The notes beneath the pieces are model-generated. The model searched no databases, was not told where the DNA came from, and was given only the letters and a program-made list of their open reading frames with translations. A program made the position numbers and the translations under genes. Source: Gemmatimonadota bacterium (GTDB lineage: Bacteria > Gemmatimonadota > Gemmatimonadetes > Longimicrobiales > Gaopeijiaceae). From it: DNA of 64,000 nt. The stretch spans positions 2,912,001 to 2,976,000 of the forward strand of contig JAXHMG010000003.1 in NCBI GenBank assembly GCA_034521595.1, written 5' to 3'. Positions within the stretch are counted from its first letter, which is position 1, and each line of letters begins with the position of its first letter. This document shows, piece after piece, positions 39,180 to 50,513 of the stretch.

Positions 39180-41060
39180 ATGCGCACGGAATATGATGTG
39201 ATCGTGATCGGCGGGGGACACGCCGGCACGGAAGCCGCGGCGGCAGCCGCGCGTTGTGGAGTGAGCACGTTGTTGGTCTCACCCGATCTGGCGCGCCTGG
39301 GTCAAATGAGCTGCAATCCGGCGATCGGTGGGGTGGCCAAGGGCGTGGTCGCTCGGGAGGTCGACGCGCTCGGTGGGGTCATGGGCCGCGCCACGGACGC
39401 ATCGAGGATGCAATTCCGCATGCTGAACCGCTCGAAGGGGCCGGCAGTATGGGGTCCGCGGGCCCAGTGCGACCGGCAGCGCTATCCGGTGGCCGTCCGC
39501 GCGGCGTTGGAGGAGTTGCCGGAGCTGGATCTCTTCGAGGAGATGGTGAACGACCTCCTCGCCGAGGACGGTCGCGTGGTCGGGATCCGAACGCGGGGTG
39601 GCTTGGAGTTTCGAGCGGAGACCGTCGTGGTCACGACCGGCACGTTCCTCCGCGGGAGGATCCACGTCGGTGGGAACGACGGCGTCGAGGCGGGGCGGGC
39701 CGGCGAAGGGCCGTCGGTCGAGCTCGCGGAAGGGTTGGAAGGACTCGGGCTGAGCGTCGCGCGGTTCAAGACCGGGACGCCGCCGCGTGTGGATGGACGC
39801 ACCGTGGATCTGAGCCGGCTGGAGCGGCAGGAGGGGGAACGGGGGGACTACCGGTTCTCCGCCTACACTCGTGAGTCTATTCCCGAGCAACGGCCGTGCT
39901 GGATCACCTGGGCCGATGAGGGACTGAAGCGGGTCGTGGCGGACAATCTGGAGCGGAGCGCGCTGTACGGGGGCGAGCTCGCGGGCCGCGGGCCGCGGTA
40001 CTGTCCGTCCATCGAGGACAAGGTGGTGCGGTTCCCTGATGCCCGCAGGCACCAGGTGTTCTTGGAACCGGAGGGGTTGGCCACACGGGAGCTCTATGTG
40101 AACGGCCTGTCGACTTCTCTACCCGCGGATGTTCAGCTCGCTTTTCTGCGCACGGTGCCTGGGCTCGAAGACGCGGTGATGACGAAGGTGGGGTATGCGA
40201 TCGAGTACGACTACTTTCCACCCCACCAACTTCGCCACACCCTCGAACTGAAGCGTGTGCCGGGCCTTTTTTTCGCAGGGCAGATCAACGGGACGACCGG
40301 CTACGAGGAAGCGGCTGGCCAGGGCGTCGTGGCCGGGATCAACGCCGCGCTTCGCGTGCGGGGGGAGGAGCCGTTCGTCCTGGAGCGGGACCAGGCGTAT
40401 ATCGGCGTGCTGATCGACGATCTGGTGACCCGGGGGGTCGACGAGCCGTATCGCCTCTTCACTTCCCGGGCGGAGTTCCGGTTGCTCTTGCGCCAGGACA
40501 ATGCGCCGCGTCGGCTCGGTACGCTGGCCCGAGACCGCGGGTTGTTGACTGGCGGCCAGGAAGAGGCGCTCCAGGAACGGCTGCGTGCGGAGGAACGGGT
40601 CGTCGTGTGGTTTCGCGACACGACCATCACGCCGGATGCGGCGGGGGATGTGCTCGAGGAAGCTGGATCGAACCCACTCCCTGAGCCCACGCGCGCCGTC
40701 GAGCTCCTGAAGCGCCCGCGCGTGAGCGCGAAGGACTTGGTCCGGATTGGTCCGGAGGCCCCGGACGATGTGGAGGCCGACGGCGTGCTCGCGGCGGTCG
40801 AGGTGGAGCTGAAATACGAGGGCTACGTCGCGCGTGAGCGGGAGCGAGCGGAGCGACTCAGGCGGCAGGCCGAGGTGGCGTTGCCGGAGGGTTTGCCGTA
40901 CGACGAAATGCCGAGCTTGTCCTATGAAGCGCGGGAAAAGCTGGCGAAGGTACGGCCCGGTACGTTGGCTCAAGCTGGCCGGATCCCCGGTGTGTCGCCG
41001 GCCGATTTGCAGAATCTGCTGTTGGAAGTGCGGCGAAGAGAGGGGACCGCGCGGGCCTGA
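39180..41060 (+). CDS. mnmG: tRNA uridine-5-carboxymethylaminomethyl modification enzyme
   Basis: [57 protein letters not shown]. Confidence 0.98.
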   Translation: MRTEYDVIVIGGGHAGTEAAAAAARCGVSTLLVSPDLARLGQMSCNPAIGGVAKGVVAREVDALGGVMGRATDASRMQFRMLNRSKGPAVWGPRAQCDRQRYPVAVRAALEELPELDLFEEMVNDLLAEDGRVVGIRTRGGLEFRAETVVVTTGTFLRGRIHVGGNDGVEAGRAGEGPSVELAEGLEGLGLSVARFKTGTPPRVDGRTVDLSRLERQEGERGDYRFSAYTRESIPEQRPCWITWADEGLKRVVADNLERSALYGGELAGRGPRYCPSIEDKVVRFPDARRHQVFLEPEGLATRELYVNGLSTSLPADVQLAFLRTVPGLEDAVMTKVGYAIEYDYFPPHQLRHTLELKRVPGLFFAGQINGTTGYEEAAGQGVVAGINAALRVRGEEPFVLERDQAYIGVLIDDLVTRGVDEPYRLFTSRAEFRLLLRQDNAPRRLGTLARDRGLLTGGQEEALQERLRAEERVVVWFRDTTITPDAAGDVLEEAGSNPLPEPTRAVELLKRPRVSAKDLVRIGPEAPDDVEADGVLAAVEVELKYEGYVARERERAERLRRQAEVALPEGLPYDEMPSLSYEAREKLAKVRPGTLAQAGRIPGVSPADLQNLLLEVRRREGTARA

Positions 41061-41084
41061 TCCAGGGTCGTGCATGCCCCTAAC

Positions 41085-41100
41085 CGTTTCACGTGAAACG
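41085..41100. promoter_or_regulatory. parS site 1
   Basis: CGTTTCACGTGAAACG; the palindrome extends to 20 bp. Confidence 0.92.
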
Positions 41101-41695
41101 GTGCCGGAGGGGCATGGGCGTGAGGGGCGAGCAGTGGGAAGCGGGGTGGCAAGCGGGGTAGCGCCTGGGTGGCGGCGGCCAGTAGCCGCCGCTCGGGGCT
41201 GAGGCGGGAGTCGGGAGAGGGGCTGGCACGGCAACGGTGCGCGTGGGGTCGGTAGCGAGGGTCACCTCCGCGCCGTTGCGACTACCAGCCCTTTCCTCTG
41301 TTGCGGGGGCGCGGTTGGGGCGGCCGGCGTCCCGGATTGCACACAGGACGGCGGTCGTGTGCGGCATGTGGGGATTGGGGCGTGTTGTGTTTCGTTCTTC
41401 GGGCCAGGGCTGACCCGAGGTCGTTGCTGTGCGGCGGGCATAAGTAGGTGGCGTCGGGCGTGGGGAGGTGGGGCGAGAGGCGCGCAGGACCCCGAAGGCG
41501 CCGGGCGAGGCAGGCGGGGTGCGGGTCCGTCAGCGCGAAGGTCGCTCGGGGCTCCCGCGGTGGCGGTGTGGGGTGCGCGTCAGAGCGCGGGGGAGTGGAG
41601 TCGCCGTGGCTGCGTCGGCGGCGGGGTGCCGGAGTCAGGGGCGCTCCGGCTGGTGGTGCGGGCGGCGGGTTGGGGACGGGCTGGAGAGGTGGGGG

Positions 41696-41711
41696 CGTTT
41701 CACGTGAAACA
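41696..41711. promoter_or_regulatory. parS site 2
   Basis: CGTTTCACGTGAAACA. Confidence 0.92.
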
Positions 41712-41775
41712 GGGGGCCGCATCGGGACGAGGGTCGTGCGGTCTATGTCTCGGGTCCAGACGGACAGCCTGGACT

Positions 41776-42234
41776 CTAACCCGACTGCCGTTCCAGAACG
41801 ATGTGGGCCGTCGCTTCCTCGACCGTGCCGTCTCGATTGAAGTCGAACTCGGTCGGGCCGTCGAGGATCACGCGGTCAGGGCCGTCGAACTCGAACGAGG
41901 ATGTCGCTGCCGCGGCGTCCTGGGGGTCGAGGCGCACCGACTCGCCGATCACACTCAACTGGCCGATTTCGACCTGTGGCGTCGGAAGATCCGGGAGCTC
42001 GAGGATCGCGGTGTATTGCCCGCTCGGCTGAACGTTGATGGTGAATGACCCACCCTCGGCGATGAGCTCGAACTCTGATTGCGGAGCTGCTGCGCTGGCT
42101 ACCCGGAACTCCTCGGCTTCCCAATCACCCACGAAGGGTTCCACGGAGGGGTCCGGCGCCACGGGATCAGCGGGATCCCCATCGCCGCAGGCCGCGGCCA
42201 TGGCCACGCACAGGAGCCAGCCCGGACGCGGCAT
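41776..42234 (-). CDS. Hypothetical lipoprotein (lipocalin-like)
   Basis: Lipobox MAAAC, FVGDW, DFNRDG; start uncertain. Confidence 0.7.
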   Translation of the reverse strand: MPRPGWLLCVAMAAACGDGDPADPVAPDPSVEPFVGDWEAEEFRVASAAAPQSEFELIAEGGSFTINVQPSGQYTAILELPDLPTPQVEIGQLSVIGESVRLDPQDAAAATSSFEFDGPDRVILDGPTEFDFNRDGTVEEATAHIVLERQSG

Positions 42235-42518
42235 CCGGGCCTTCGAGCGTTTCCTCCGTCGTGCCACCACCGTTCGTGACCTCACTCCGGTACTTCGGGG
42301 GTAGGGCGCCGATCTCGGCGCGGTGAGTCGGGGACGCCTCGGGGTCCGGGTGTGGCGGCCCGTGGCGCTCCCGACGCGGGCTACCAGGGCGAACTGCCCG
42401 GCTCGAACGTCGGCGGATTCCACGCTCCGGTCAAGTTATGCCTCGTTTCCGCATTCCGCATGCGCTCCGATCCCCTATATTGGAGACGCCGTGCCTCTAA
42501 CCTCCAGCTTTGGCCTGC

Positions 42519-43310
42519 ATGTCCCACGTCATCGCGATCGCAAACCAGAAGGGCGGAGTGGGCAAGACCACGACCGCGATCAACTTGGGCGCGTCTCTGG
42601 CGGTCGCCGAGAAGCGAACCCTCGTCGTGGATATCGACCCCCAGGGGAACGCGAGCAGCGGTTTTGGCATCACGGATCGCGCAAACCGAGCTACCGTCTA
42701 CGATGTTCTTGTCGGAGGTCGGGCGATCACGGATGCGATCGTGAGCGACGTACATCTGCCCGGTCTCGACGTGGTACCTTCCACACGAGACCTGGTCGGC
42801 GCCGAGATCGAGTTGGTCTCGACGCACAACCGCGAAGCCATCCTGCGGGGCGCTCTGCGCGACGTTCGCGAGGCATACGACTATATCCTCGTCGATTGCC
42901 CTCCCTCCCTCGGCCTCCTCACGCTGAACACGCTCACCGCGGCGGATTCCGTGCTGATCCCGATCCAGTGTGAGTTCTATGCCCTGGAGGGTCTGAGTCA
43001 GCTCCTGAACACGATCCGCCTCGTCCAACGGGGGCTGAATCCCCGCCTCGACATCGAAGGCGTCCTGCTCACGATGTACGACCGACGCCTGAACCTCTCC
43101 CGTCAGGTGGCTGACGAGGCGCGCGACTACTTCGGCGACAAGGTTTATCACGCCACGATTCCCAGAAACGTCCGGCTCGCGGAGGCGCCAAGCTTTGGCC
43201 AGCCGATCGTGCAGTACGACGTGCTGTCGACCGGCGCTGAGGCCTATCTCGCTTTGGCACAAGAGGTTATCTCGCGTCACCCGCAGACCGGGACGGAGGC
43301 TGCCTCATGA
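42519..43310 (+). CDS. parA: Chromosome partitioning ATPase Soj/ParA
   Basis: [35 protein letters not shown]. Confidence 0.97.
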   Translation: MSHVIAIANQKGGVGKTTTAINLGASLAVAEKRTLVVDIDPQGNASSGFGITDRANRATVYDVLVGGRAITDAIVSDVHLPGLDVVPSTRDLVGAEIELVSTHNREAILRGALRDVREAYDYILVDCPPSLGLLTLNTLTAADSVLIPIQCEFYALEGLSQLLNTIRLVQRGLNPRLDIEGVLLTMYDRRLNLSRQVADEARDYFGDKVYHATIPRNVRLAEAPSFGQPIVQYDVLSTGAEAYLALAQEVISRHPQTGTEAAS

Positions 43311-44185
43311 CGGACAGGGCACGCTTGGGTAAGGGGCTCAGCGCCCTGATCGGTGAGTATCTCGATCCGGAGGCCGACGCCGCGGAAGTTCGGGCCTTGC
43401 CCTTGTCCGGCATCGTACCGAACCCGCTCCAGCCGCGGAGTGTGTTCACCGAGGAAGAGCTTTCCGACCTAGCCGCGTCGATCTCGGCCAATGGCTTGCT
43501 GCAGCCGCTCGTCGTCCGCCCCTCCCCGACAAAAGAGGGCAAGTGGGAGCTCATCGCCGGAGAGCGGCGGTTCCGGGCGGTGTCCATGCTCGGGTGGACG
43601 GAAGCGCCCGTCATCGTGCGGGACGCCTCCGATGAGACCCTCTTGGTCCTGGCTTTGGTCGAGAACTTGCAGCGTGAAGCCCTCACCGCGTTGGAGGAGG
43701 CCGAGGGTTACGTAGCGCTGACGGAGAAGTTCGGGATGAGCCATGCGGACATTGCCGAAGCGGTCGGCAAGGATCGGTCCACGGTCGCGAATATCGTGCG
43801 CTTGCTGAACCTCCCGCCCGTGGCGCGGCGGCTCCTCCAGGAGGGACAGATCGCTCCCGGGCACGCCCGCGCGCTCCTCTCCGTGGAGGACGCGGGCAAG
43901 GCGGGGGAGCTCGCTCGCCGGGCTGCGAAGGAAGGGTGGTCGGTCCGGGAAACGGAGAAGCGCGTTGGTGCCACCCGTCAGAAGAAGCCGCGGAAGCAGC
44001 CCGACCCCGATCCGGTGGTACAATCTCTGGAGGCGGTGCTGCGCGAGCATTTGGCGACCAGGGTGTCCGTGAAGCCATCGCGGAGCGGTGGCGGCACCAT
44101 CCAAATAGCCTACCATGACGACACCGATTTCGAACGCGTCTTCGAGCTGGTCACCGGGCGCGCGGCTACCGAAGTCGCCGGATGA
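43307..44185 (+). CDS. parB: Chromosome partitioning protein
   Basis: [28 protein letters not shown]. Confidence 0.97.
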   Translation: MTDRARLGKGLSALIGEYLDPEADAAEVRALPLSGIVPNPLQPRSVFTEEELSDLAASISANGLLQPLVVRPSPTKEGKWELIAGERRFRAVSMLGWTEAPVIVRDASDETLLVLALVENLQREALTALEEAEGYVALTEKFGMSHADIAEAVGKDRSTVANIVRLLNLPPVARRLLQEGQIAPGHARALLSVEDAGKAGELARRAAKEGWSVRETEKRVGATRQKKPRKQPDPDPVVQSLEAVLREHLATRVSVKPSRSGGGTIQIAYHDDTDFERVFELVTGRAATEVAG

Positions 44186-44973
44186 CTGATCGCAGGGAGG
44201 AGCGGCGGCTATCTGTCGTGATCGTGCCGCACGGGGGCCGCGAGAGCCGCACCTATCATCTTTCCTACCGGAGGCTCCGCTGGCTCACCTTCTCGGTGAC
44301 GATGATCGCCGTGCTCCTGGCGCTCATGGCGGGAAGCTGGTGGTACTTCGCTGCGCGGGCGTTTCGGGCCGGAGAGCTCGAGCGGCAGGTCGAGAGCATG
44401 GAAGGCGACCGCGAGCGCGTGGCCGCATTGGTGCAGCGCCTCGAAGCGATCGAGGGACAATACGACAACATCCGGCGGATGTTCGGCGCCACGGCCATTG
44501 ATCGACCTTCCGACGTATGGTTGCCTCCGAGTGGGTCCGCCCGCAGCGCCGGAACCGGCAGCGGTGAACGCCGTAGAGCCGGAGCGAGCCCGCCGTCGGT
44601 ATGGCCTTTGACTGAACGGGGGTTCGTCACTCAGGAGCTCCACGACGGGTTCGACGACGGGGGTCACCCCGGTCTCGATGTCGCGGTGCCGTCCGATTCC
44701 TACATCCGCGCCGCCGGCGGTGGCGTCGTAACGGACGTTGGCGAAGACGCGGTGTATGGGCGGTTCATCGTGATCGAGCACGGAGGAGGGTATACCAGCC
44801 TCTACGGTCACGCGTCCATGACGTTCGTGAGTCGTGGGCAAGAGGTCCGGGAGCGTGAGGTGGTGGCGCTCTCCGGGTCCACGGGGCGCTCGACCGGACC
44901 TCACCTGCATTTTGAAGTCCTCCTCGACGGAGAGCCGATCGACCCGCTTACCATGGTTGATCAGCCGTCGTAG
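44182..44973 (+). CDS. M23 family metallopeptidase
   Basis: TM plus coiled coil; HPGLD, YGH, STGPHLHFEV. Confidence 0.92.
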   Translation: MTDRREERRLSVVIVPHGGRESRTYHLSYRRLRWLTFSVTMIAVLLALMAGSWWYFAARAFRAGELERQVESMEGDRERVAALVQRLEAIEGQYDNIRRMFGATAIDRPSDVWLPPSGSARSAGTGSGERRRAGASPPSVWPLTERGFVTQELHDGFDDGGHPGLDVAVPSDSYIRAAGGGVVTDVGEDAVYGRFIVIEHGGGYTSLYGHASMTFVSRGQEVREREVVALSGSTGRSTGPHLHFEVLLDGEPIDPLTMVDQPS

Positions 44974-45018
44974 GATTGTCATCTTCACCGCCTTCCTCTC
45001 GCCAACGGAGCCGTTCGC

Positions 45019-45435
45019 ATGGCGCGTGATCGATCCAGTCAGGGTAGCGCTCCCGAGTCCGTCATTTCCATCATCGGACCGGGTATGAAGGTGGTCGGAG
45101 ACTGCGAAACCGACGGTACGTTGAGGGTGGAAGGTGCAGTGCAAGGCTCGGTCCACGCCGGTAAGGCCGTAGTGATCGGGAAGGACGGTCGCGTCATCGG
45201 GGACGTATCCACCCAAGACGCGGTCATTTCCGGTCGGGTCGAGGGGTCGGTGACCGCGCACTCTCGACTCGAGCTCCAGGCGACGTGCCGTATCGACGGA
45301 GAGGTGAACACGCCGCGGCTTCAGCTCGAAGAAGGGGCGGTGTTCAACGGGAGTGTCCAGATGGCTCAGGAATCCGCCGGGGGTGATTCGGCCGCTCCGT
45401 ACAAGAACTCGGATTCTGAAACCGAGAAGGATTAG
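45019..45435 (+). CDS. Bactofilin
   Basis: SIIGPGMKVVGD...LRVEGAVQG...LEEGAVFNG. Confidence 0.92.
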   Translation: MARDRSSQGSAPESVISIIGPGMKVVGDCETDGTLRVEGAVQGSVHAGKAVVIGKDGRVIGDVSTQDAVISGRVEGSVTAHSRLELQATCRIDGEVNTPRLQLEEGAVFNGSVQMAQESAGGDSAAPYKNSDSETEKD

Positions 45436-45504
45436 GTGTGGCGGTGTCCCGGTCCGCCGGGGGGGACGCGATTCCGAGCGTGGAGTTCTCCCCAGCCTCG
45501 ATCT

Positions 45505-45640
45505 TTTGTGGGAAACATGTGATCCGGAATGGCCGGTGCGCCCACAAGATGTTGTGATTAGTTGTTTTGTGTGATTATGAGGCCTGTGGATAAGTCTGGC
45601 TGGGCCGGGTTTCTTTCCACCTTTCCACATCTTGTCCACT
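45505..45640. promoter_or_regulatory. Second DnaA-box cluster with AT-rich tract
   Basis: Perfect TGTGGATAA (45585-45593), CTTTCCACA (45621), TTGTCCACT (45632), TGTGGGAAA (~45508); AT-rich 45548-45580. Confidence 0.65.
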
Positions 45641-45730
45641 GCATCTGCGGCCTCCTGTGGTCTCCTGCGGGTGCGCCGTGGTCACCTCCAGCGTTCGTTT
45701 GCGATCTATTGATCCGGGGAAAGTCCTGAT

Positions 45731-46495
45731 ATGAAATTAGATTCTATCGTCGAATATATGGACGGTTTCCTGGGCGTGCGCGGACACCCCGATTACGCAC
45801 CGGCGATGAACGGCCTGCAAGTCGAGGGCCGGTCGGAGATCGCCCGAGTGGCGGCGGCCGTCGACACCTCGGTCGCGACCATTACCGCCGCGAAGGAGGC
45901 CGATGCTGATCTGCTTCTGGTGCACCACGGTCTGTTCTGGGGCGGATCCGCCCCCCTGACGGGCCCGCTGTTCCGAAGGGTCCGGACGCTCCTCGAGGGG
46001 GACGTGGCGCTTTATAGCTGTCACCTTCCCCTCGACGGTCACCCCGAGGTGGGTAACTGCGCCCTGCTCGCGAAGGAGCTCGGTCTGCGGACGGATGCGT
46101 CCACCCGCGTGGGTACCTACAAGGACACGCCGATCGGGTGGTGGGGCACGCTCCCCGAGCCGGGCGGGGTCGACGACCTCGCGCAACGCCTGCGTGACGT
46201 GGTGGACGGACCGGTGCACGTCATCCCGGGCGGCCCGGAGCGGGTGGAGCGGGTCGGTGTGGTGACCGGTGGCGGCGCGTCATTCGTACAGGAGGCCGCG
46301 CGCCTCGGCCTCGACGCGTTGGTCACGGGCGAGGGCGCGCACCACACCCACATCGATGCCATGGAGTGGGGAATCCACGTCCTGTTCGGGGGGCACTACG
46401 CCACTGAAACCTTCGGCGTGCGCGCGCTCGCGGAGCACGTCTCCGAGCGCTTCGGTCTCGACTGGATCTTCATCGATCGACCGACGGGCCTCTGA
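45731..46495 (+). CDS. Nif3-like dinuclear metal-centre protein (YbgI)
   Basis: NGLQVEG, VHHGLFW, HLPLDGH, GHYATE. Confidence 0.95.
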   Translation: MKLDSIVEYMDGFLGVRGHPDYAPAMNGLQVEGRSEIARVAAAVDTSVATITAAKEADADLLLVHHGLFWGGSAPLTGPLFRRVRTLLEGDVALYSCHLPLDGHPEVGNCALLAKELGLRTDASTRVGTYKDTPIGWWGTLPEPGGVDDLAQRLRDVVDGPVHVIPGGPERVERVGVVTGGGASFVQEAARLGLDALVTGEGAHHTHIDAMEWGIHVLFGGHYATETFGVRALAEHVSERFGLDWIFIDRPTGL

Positions 46496-46653
46496 CCGTG
46501 CCGGGACGTTCCGGCCTGATCCGTTGCTGTGCCCTACGCGGCGCGGTACCATCCCCGGAGGAGTGTGTGCCCGGTTACCGGACCTCGGCTGATGCCACCG
46601 ATATGGGGTCCGGCGGCGCACAACTCGGACGAACCACCATGGAGTCAAGCTGA

Positions 46654-47463
46654 ATGAGCGCCAACGCATCGGGACCGTTTTGCCCCGAATGCCGCAAGCC
46701 CGCCACGGGTAACTTCTGTCAGAGCTGTGGCGCGAAGCTCGGCGGCCGCTTCTGCAGCCAATGTGGCGCGAAGCTCGGTCCTTCTGCCGCGTTTTGCAGC
46801 CAATGCGGCGCGAAGAACGATGTCGCGGGGCCTACGCACAAGGCGGCGGCCGCCGCCGTCGTGAGCGGCCAGAACTTGCCCTGGTGGATCGCCGGAGCCG
46901 CCATGTTCGCGCTCATCGTGGCCATAGGGGTTTCGATGGTCCAGCCGGGACCTGCACAGCCTCCGACCGCCGGCTCTTCCGAAGCTCCGACCGCCGCGCC
47001 GGGCCAGGGCGGAGCCGGAAACGTGGATCTCAGCTCGATGACCCCGCGCGAAGCGGCGGACCGGCTCTTCAACCGCGTCATGACGAGCGTGGAGCAGGGT
47101 GACACCGCCGCGGCGCAGGCCTTCGTGCCGATGGCCGTCGGCGCCTACGAGCGTGCCATGCCCCTCGATCACGACGGCCTGTTCCACCTTTCCCTTCTCC
47201 AGTACACGGCGCAGGACCTCGAAGGCGCGCTCGAGAGCGCTCTCGCCATTCTCGAAGAGGATCCGAACCACCTGCTGGGGCTCAGCGCCGCGGCCCGGGC
47301 CGCGCGAGATCTGGGGCGCACGGACGAGGCGCAGGAGCACTACGAGCGGATCCTCGAGGTCTACCCCGAAGAGTCCCAGCGTTCTCTGTCGGAGTACGAG
47401 TTACACGCGCGGATCATGACCACCGTCCAGGATTCGGCGGAGGCGTTTCTGCAGGGGCGTTGA
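46654..47463 (+). CDS. Zinc-ribbon/TM/TPR-like protein
   Basis: Four CxxC motifs (FCPEC, FCQSC, FCSQC twice), TM helix, helical C-terminus. Confidence 0.8.
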   Translation: MSANASGPFCPECRKPATGNFCQSCGAKLGGRFCSQCGAKLGPSAAFCSQCGAKNDVAGPTHKAAAAAVVSGQNLPWWIAGAAMFALIVAIGVSMVQPGPAQPPTAGSSEAPTAAPGQGGAGNVDLSSMTPREAADRLFNRVMTSVEQGDTAAAQAFVPMAVGAYERAMPLDHDGLFHLSLLQYTAQDLEGALESALAILEEDPNHLLGLSAAARAARDLGRTDEAQEHYERILEVYPEESQRSLSEYELHARIMTTVQDSAEAFLQGR

Positions 47464-47476
47464 TGCCCCCGTAGAA

Positions 47477-48481
47477 ATGCCCAAAGCGATGCGTGTCTTC
47501 ATTACCGGTGCGAGTGGCCTGATCGGGTCGCACCTGGCTCGGGAGCTGATGGACACCGGGCACGAGGTCGTGGCGCTTTGTCGTGGCGGCTCCGATACGA
47601 GCTTCCTGGATCGTATCGGTTGCCGCATCGTCCGCGGAGACGTCCGCGCCGATCCCGGCAGGATGGTCCCGTCAATGGCCGGGTGCCATCAAGTCGTCCA
47701 CACCGCCGCCCAGGTCTACGCCGGTGGCTCCTGGCCGAAGGTCCGGGAGAGCAACGTGGACGGCACACGCAACGTCCTGACCGCCGCTCGACTTTCCGGG
47801 GCTGAGCACGTGGTGCACGTCTCGACCGTCGCCGTCTACGGTCGCGCCGCCCCGAAGACCGACGAGGACGCGCCGATCGATACCCCCATCCCGCCGGGTG
47901 ACCTCTATGCCCGCTCCAAGAGGGAGGCCGAAAAGGTGGCACGCGGCATCGAGGAACGCCGCGGCCTTCCGGTCACGGTCGTGCGCCCCGCCGCCGTCTA
48001 CGGCGAGCGCGACCGCCTCATGGTGCCCGCTCTCGTCTCCCTGATGCGATGGCCGGTGGTGGCCCTGCTCGGACCCGGACACAACACGCTTCCCGTCGTC
48101 TATGCCGGGAACGTGGCCACCGCCATCCGCCGCATCGTCGAGCAGGGTCGCGGGGGAAACACCTTCAACGTGTCCAGGGACCACCCCCTCACGCAGCGCG
48201 GCTTGTTCGACGGCCTCGCTCGGGGCCTGGGAAAGAAGCCGCGCTTCGTGTCGCTCCCGGCCGGCCTGGTGCGCGTGGGCGGCGGCCTCCTGGCTCGATT
48301 GGGTGTATCGGCACCGGGCGCTCAGCACCTCCCCCTCGAACGAGTCATCGAGCTCGGCCTCGGTGAGAACCCCTTCCCTTCCACGCGCATCCGGGAGACG
48401 CTTGGATGGGACCCCCCATACTTACACGAGGACGCGCTCCAGCGCACCGGCCGCTGGTTCCGCGAGCATCCCCCGAGGTGA
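47477..48481 (+). CDS. NAD-dependent epimerase/dehydratase (extended SDR)
   Basis: ITGASGLIG, YARSK, RPAAVYG. Confidence 0.9.
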   Translation: MPKAMRVFITGASGLIGSHLARELMDTGHEVVALCRGGSDTSFLDRIGCRIVRGDVRADPGRMVPSMAGCHQVVHTAAQVYAGGSWPKVRESNVDGTRNVLTAARLSGAEHVVHVSTVAVYGRAAPKTDEDAPIDTPIPPGDLYARSKREAEKVARGIEERRGLPVTVVRPAAVYGERDRLMVPALVSLMRWPVVALLGPGHNTLPVVYAGNVATAIRRIVEQGRGGNTFNVSRDHPLTQRGLFDGLARGLGKKPRFVSLPAGLVRVGGGLLARLGVSAPGAQHLPLERVIELGLGENPFPSTRIRETLGWDPPYLHEDALQRTGRWFREHPPR

Positions 48482-48486
48482 CCGAG

Positions 48487-49275
48487 ATGAATGACTCAAC
48501 CGACCGAGGTCCGGAGGCCTCCAAGTCCCCGCGCTCTGGCCGCGGTCCCGGAAAAACGGAGGACGAGCGGCTTCTTGATGTCGAGAACGGTCTCTCGATC
48601 GGGATGGATGCGTGGCGCGTGTTCCGCATCATGGGCGAGTTCGTGGAGGGGTTCGAAACACTGTCCGAGCTCGGTCCCGCGGTTTCCATCTTCGGCTCCG
48701 CGCGCGCACGGGAAGGCGACATCCAGTACGAGCAGTGCGTGGAGACCGCGCGGCTCCTCGGTGAGGCGGGATACGCCGTGATCACGGGCGGGGGCCCCGG
48801 GCTCATGGAGGCCGCGAACAAGGGGGCCCGCCTCGCGGGGTCACCCTCGGTGGGGTGCACCATAGAGCTCCCGTTCGAGCAGAGCGGCAACGAGTACCTC
48901 GACGTCTCCGTGAACTTCCGCTACTTCTTCGTCCGCAAGACCATGTTCGTGAAGTACGCCCAGGCGTTCGTGATCTTTCCGGGCGGCTTCGGAACCATGG
49001 ACGAGCTGTTCGAATCCCTCACCCTGATCCAGACGGGCAAGATCAAGGATTTCCCGGTCGTCCTCGTCGGCACTGAGTACTTCGGTGGCCTCGTCGACTG
49101 GCTCCGGTCGACCGTTGCCGCGGAGGGAAAGGTCACTTCCGAAGACCTCGACTTGCTTCGCCTGACCGACGACCCCGCGGAAGCACGTGATCACATCCTG
49201 ACGCACAAAAAGCGATCGCGCGACCGCCGCCGGCACGGACGTCGCGCCACGGACCACCCGGGGCCGTCCTTGTAA
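48487..49275 (+). CDS. LOG/Rossmann-fold protein (TIGR00730-like)
   Basis: SIFGSAR, TGGGPGLMEAANKG, FFVRK, PGGFGTMDE. Confidence 0.93.
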   Translation: MNDSTDRGPEASKSPRSGRGPGKTEDERLLDVENGLSIGMDAWRVFRIMGEFVEGFETLSELGPAVSIFGSARAREGDIQYEQCVETARLLGEAGYAVITGGGPGLMEAANKGARLAGSPSVGCTIELPFEQSGNEYLDVSVNFRYFFVRKTMFVKYAQAFVIFPGGFGTMDELFESLTLIQTGKIKDFPVVLVGTEYFGGLVDWLRSTVAAEGKVTSEDLDLLRLTDDPAEARDHILTHKKRSRDRRRHGRRATDHPGPSL

Positions 49276-49369
49276 CCGCGGCCGACCCACGGCTACCTTT
49301 TCTCGCCCGTCGGGCGCTCCGAAGCCTCCCGTCGCGGGCATCCAATCTCGCTAAAGATCCTTCCGTGCT

Positions 49370-50512
49370 GTGAGCGACTCCACGGTCTCGCGCAGCGGAG
49401 GTCAGACGACTGTGAGCAACACGACCGAACAGACTCCTCGCGGCTATGCTCCCGCCGGCAAGAACACCGGCCAGGTCAAACCGAAAGGGACGTCGCGCAT
49501 CCCGGCCCACGAAGGGCTCGATACCGTCAACATTCGCTCGAGAAAGCCGGAATGGCTGAAGGTTCGCTCTCCGGGCGGCTCGAACTACATGCGGCTCAAG
49601 AAGCTCATGCGCACCGAAGAGCTCCACACGGTGTGCGAGGAAGCCGGCTGCCCGAACATCGGAGAGTGTTGGGAGGCCGGCACCGCGACGTTCATGATTT
49701 TGGGAGACGTGTGCACCCGCGCCTGCAAGTACTGCGGGGTGGCCCACGGAATGCCCAGCAAGCTCGACACCGCCGAGCCGGCCCGGGTCGCACGCACCGT
49801 CCAGAACATGCAGCTCGAGCACGCCGTGATCACGAGCGTGAATCGTGACGAGCTCCCGGATGGCGGCGCCGGAATCTACGCCGAAACCATCCGTCTCATC
49901 CACGAGGCGGTGCCGGGCTGCTCCGTCGAAGTGCTGATCCCCGACTTCAAGGGCGACGAAGAGTCGCTCAAGGTCGTGATCGACGCCGAGCCGGCCATCC
50001 TCGGCCACAACCTCGAGACCGTCGAGCGCCTGCATCCCGACGTCCGTCCCGGAGGCCGGTACTGGCGCTCGATCTCCTTTCTCGGGGCGGTGAAGAAGCT
50101 CGATCCCGACATGCTCACCAAGACCGGGATCATCCTGGGAATGGGCGAGGAGCCCGACGAGATCCGTCAATCGATGGTGGACCTCCGTGAGGCTTCGGTG
50201 GACATCCTGACGCTCGGGCAGTATCTCCGTCCCTCGGAGATGCACATCCCGGTCGCTCGCTGGGTCACACCGGCCGAGTTCCTGGAGTGGAAGCGCATCG
50301 GCGAGGAGGAGCTCGGGTTCAGGCACGTCGAGGCCGGGCCGCTCGTCCGATCCAGCTATCACGCCAAGGAGCAGGCACGCGAGGTCGAAGCCGGCGGCCC
50401 CGGAGCTATTCAAGACGTGCTGGAAGCCGATGTCCTCGCACCCGCCGAGGTGGAGTTGGATCTAGTCCAGATCGACCTCGGTCGCCCCGGCCGACCCGAC
50501 AATGGAGACTGA
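49370..50512 (+). CDS. lipA: Lipoyl synthase
   Basis: CEEAGCPNIGEC, CTRACKYC, RSSYHA. Confidence 0.97.
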   Translation: MSDSTVSRSGGQTTVSNTTEQTPRGYAPAGKNTGQVKPKGTSRIPAHEGLDTVNIRSRKPEWLKVRSPGGSNYMRLKKLMRTEELHTVCEEAGCPNIGECWEAGTATFMILGDVCTRACKYCGVAHGMPSKLDTAEPARVARTVQNMQLEHAVITSVNRDELPDGGAGIYAETIRLIHEAVPGCSVEVLIPDFKGDEESLKVVIDAEPAILGHNLETVERLHPDVRPGGRYWRSISFLGAVKKLDPDMLTKTGIILGMGEEPDEIRQSMVDLREASVDILTLGQYLRPSEMHIPVARWVTPAEFLEWKRIGEEELGFRHVEAGPLVRSSYHAKEQAREVEAGGPGAIQDVLEADVLAPAEVELDLVQIDLGRPGRPDNGD

Positions 50513-50513
50513 G

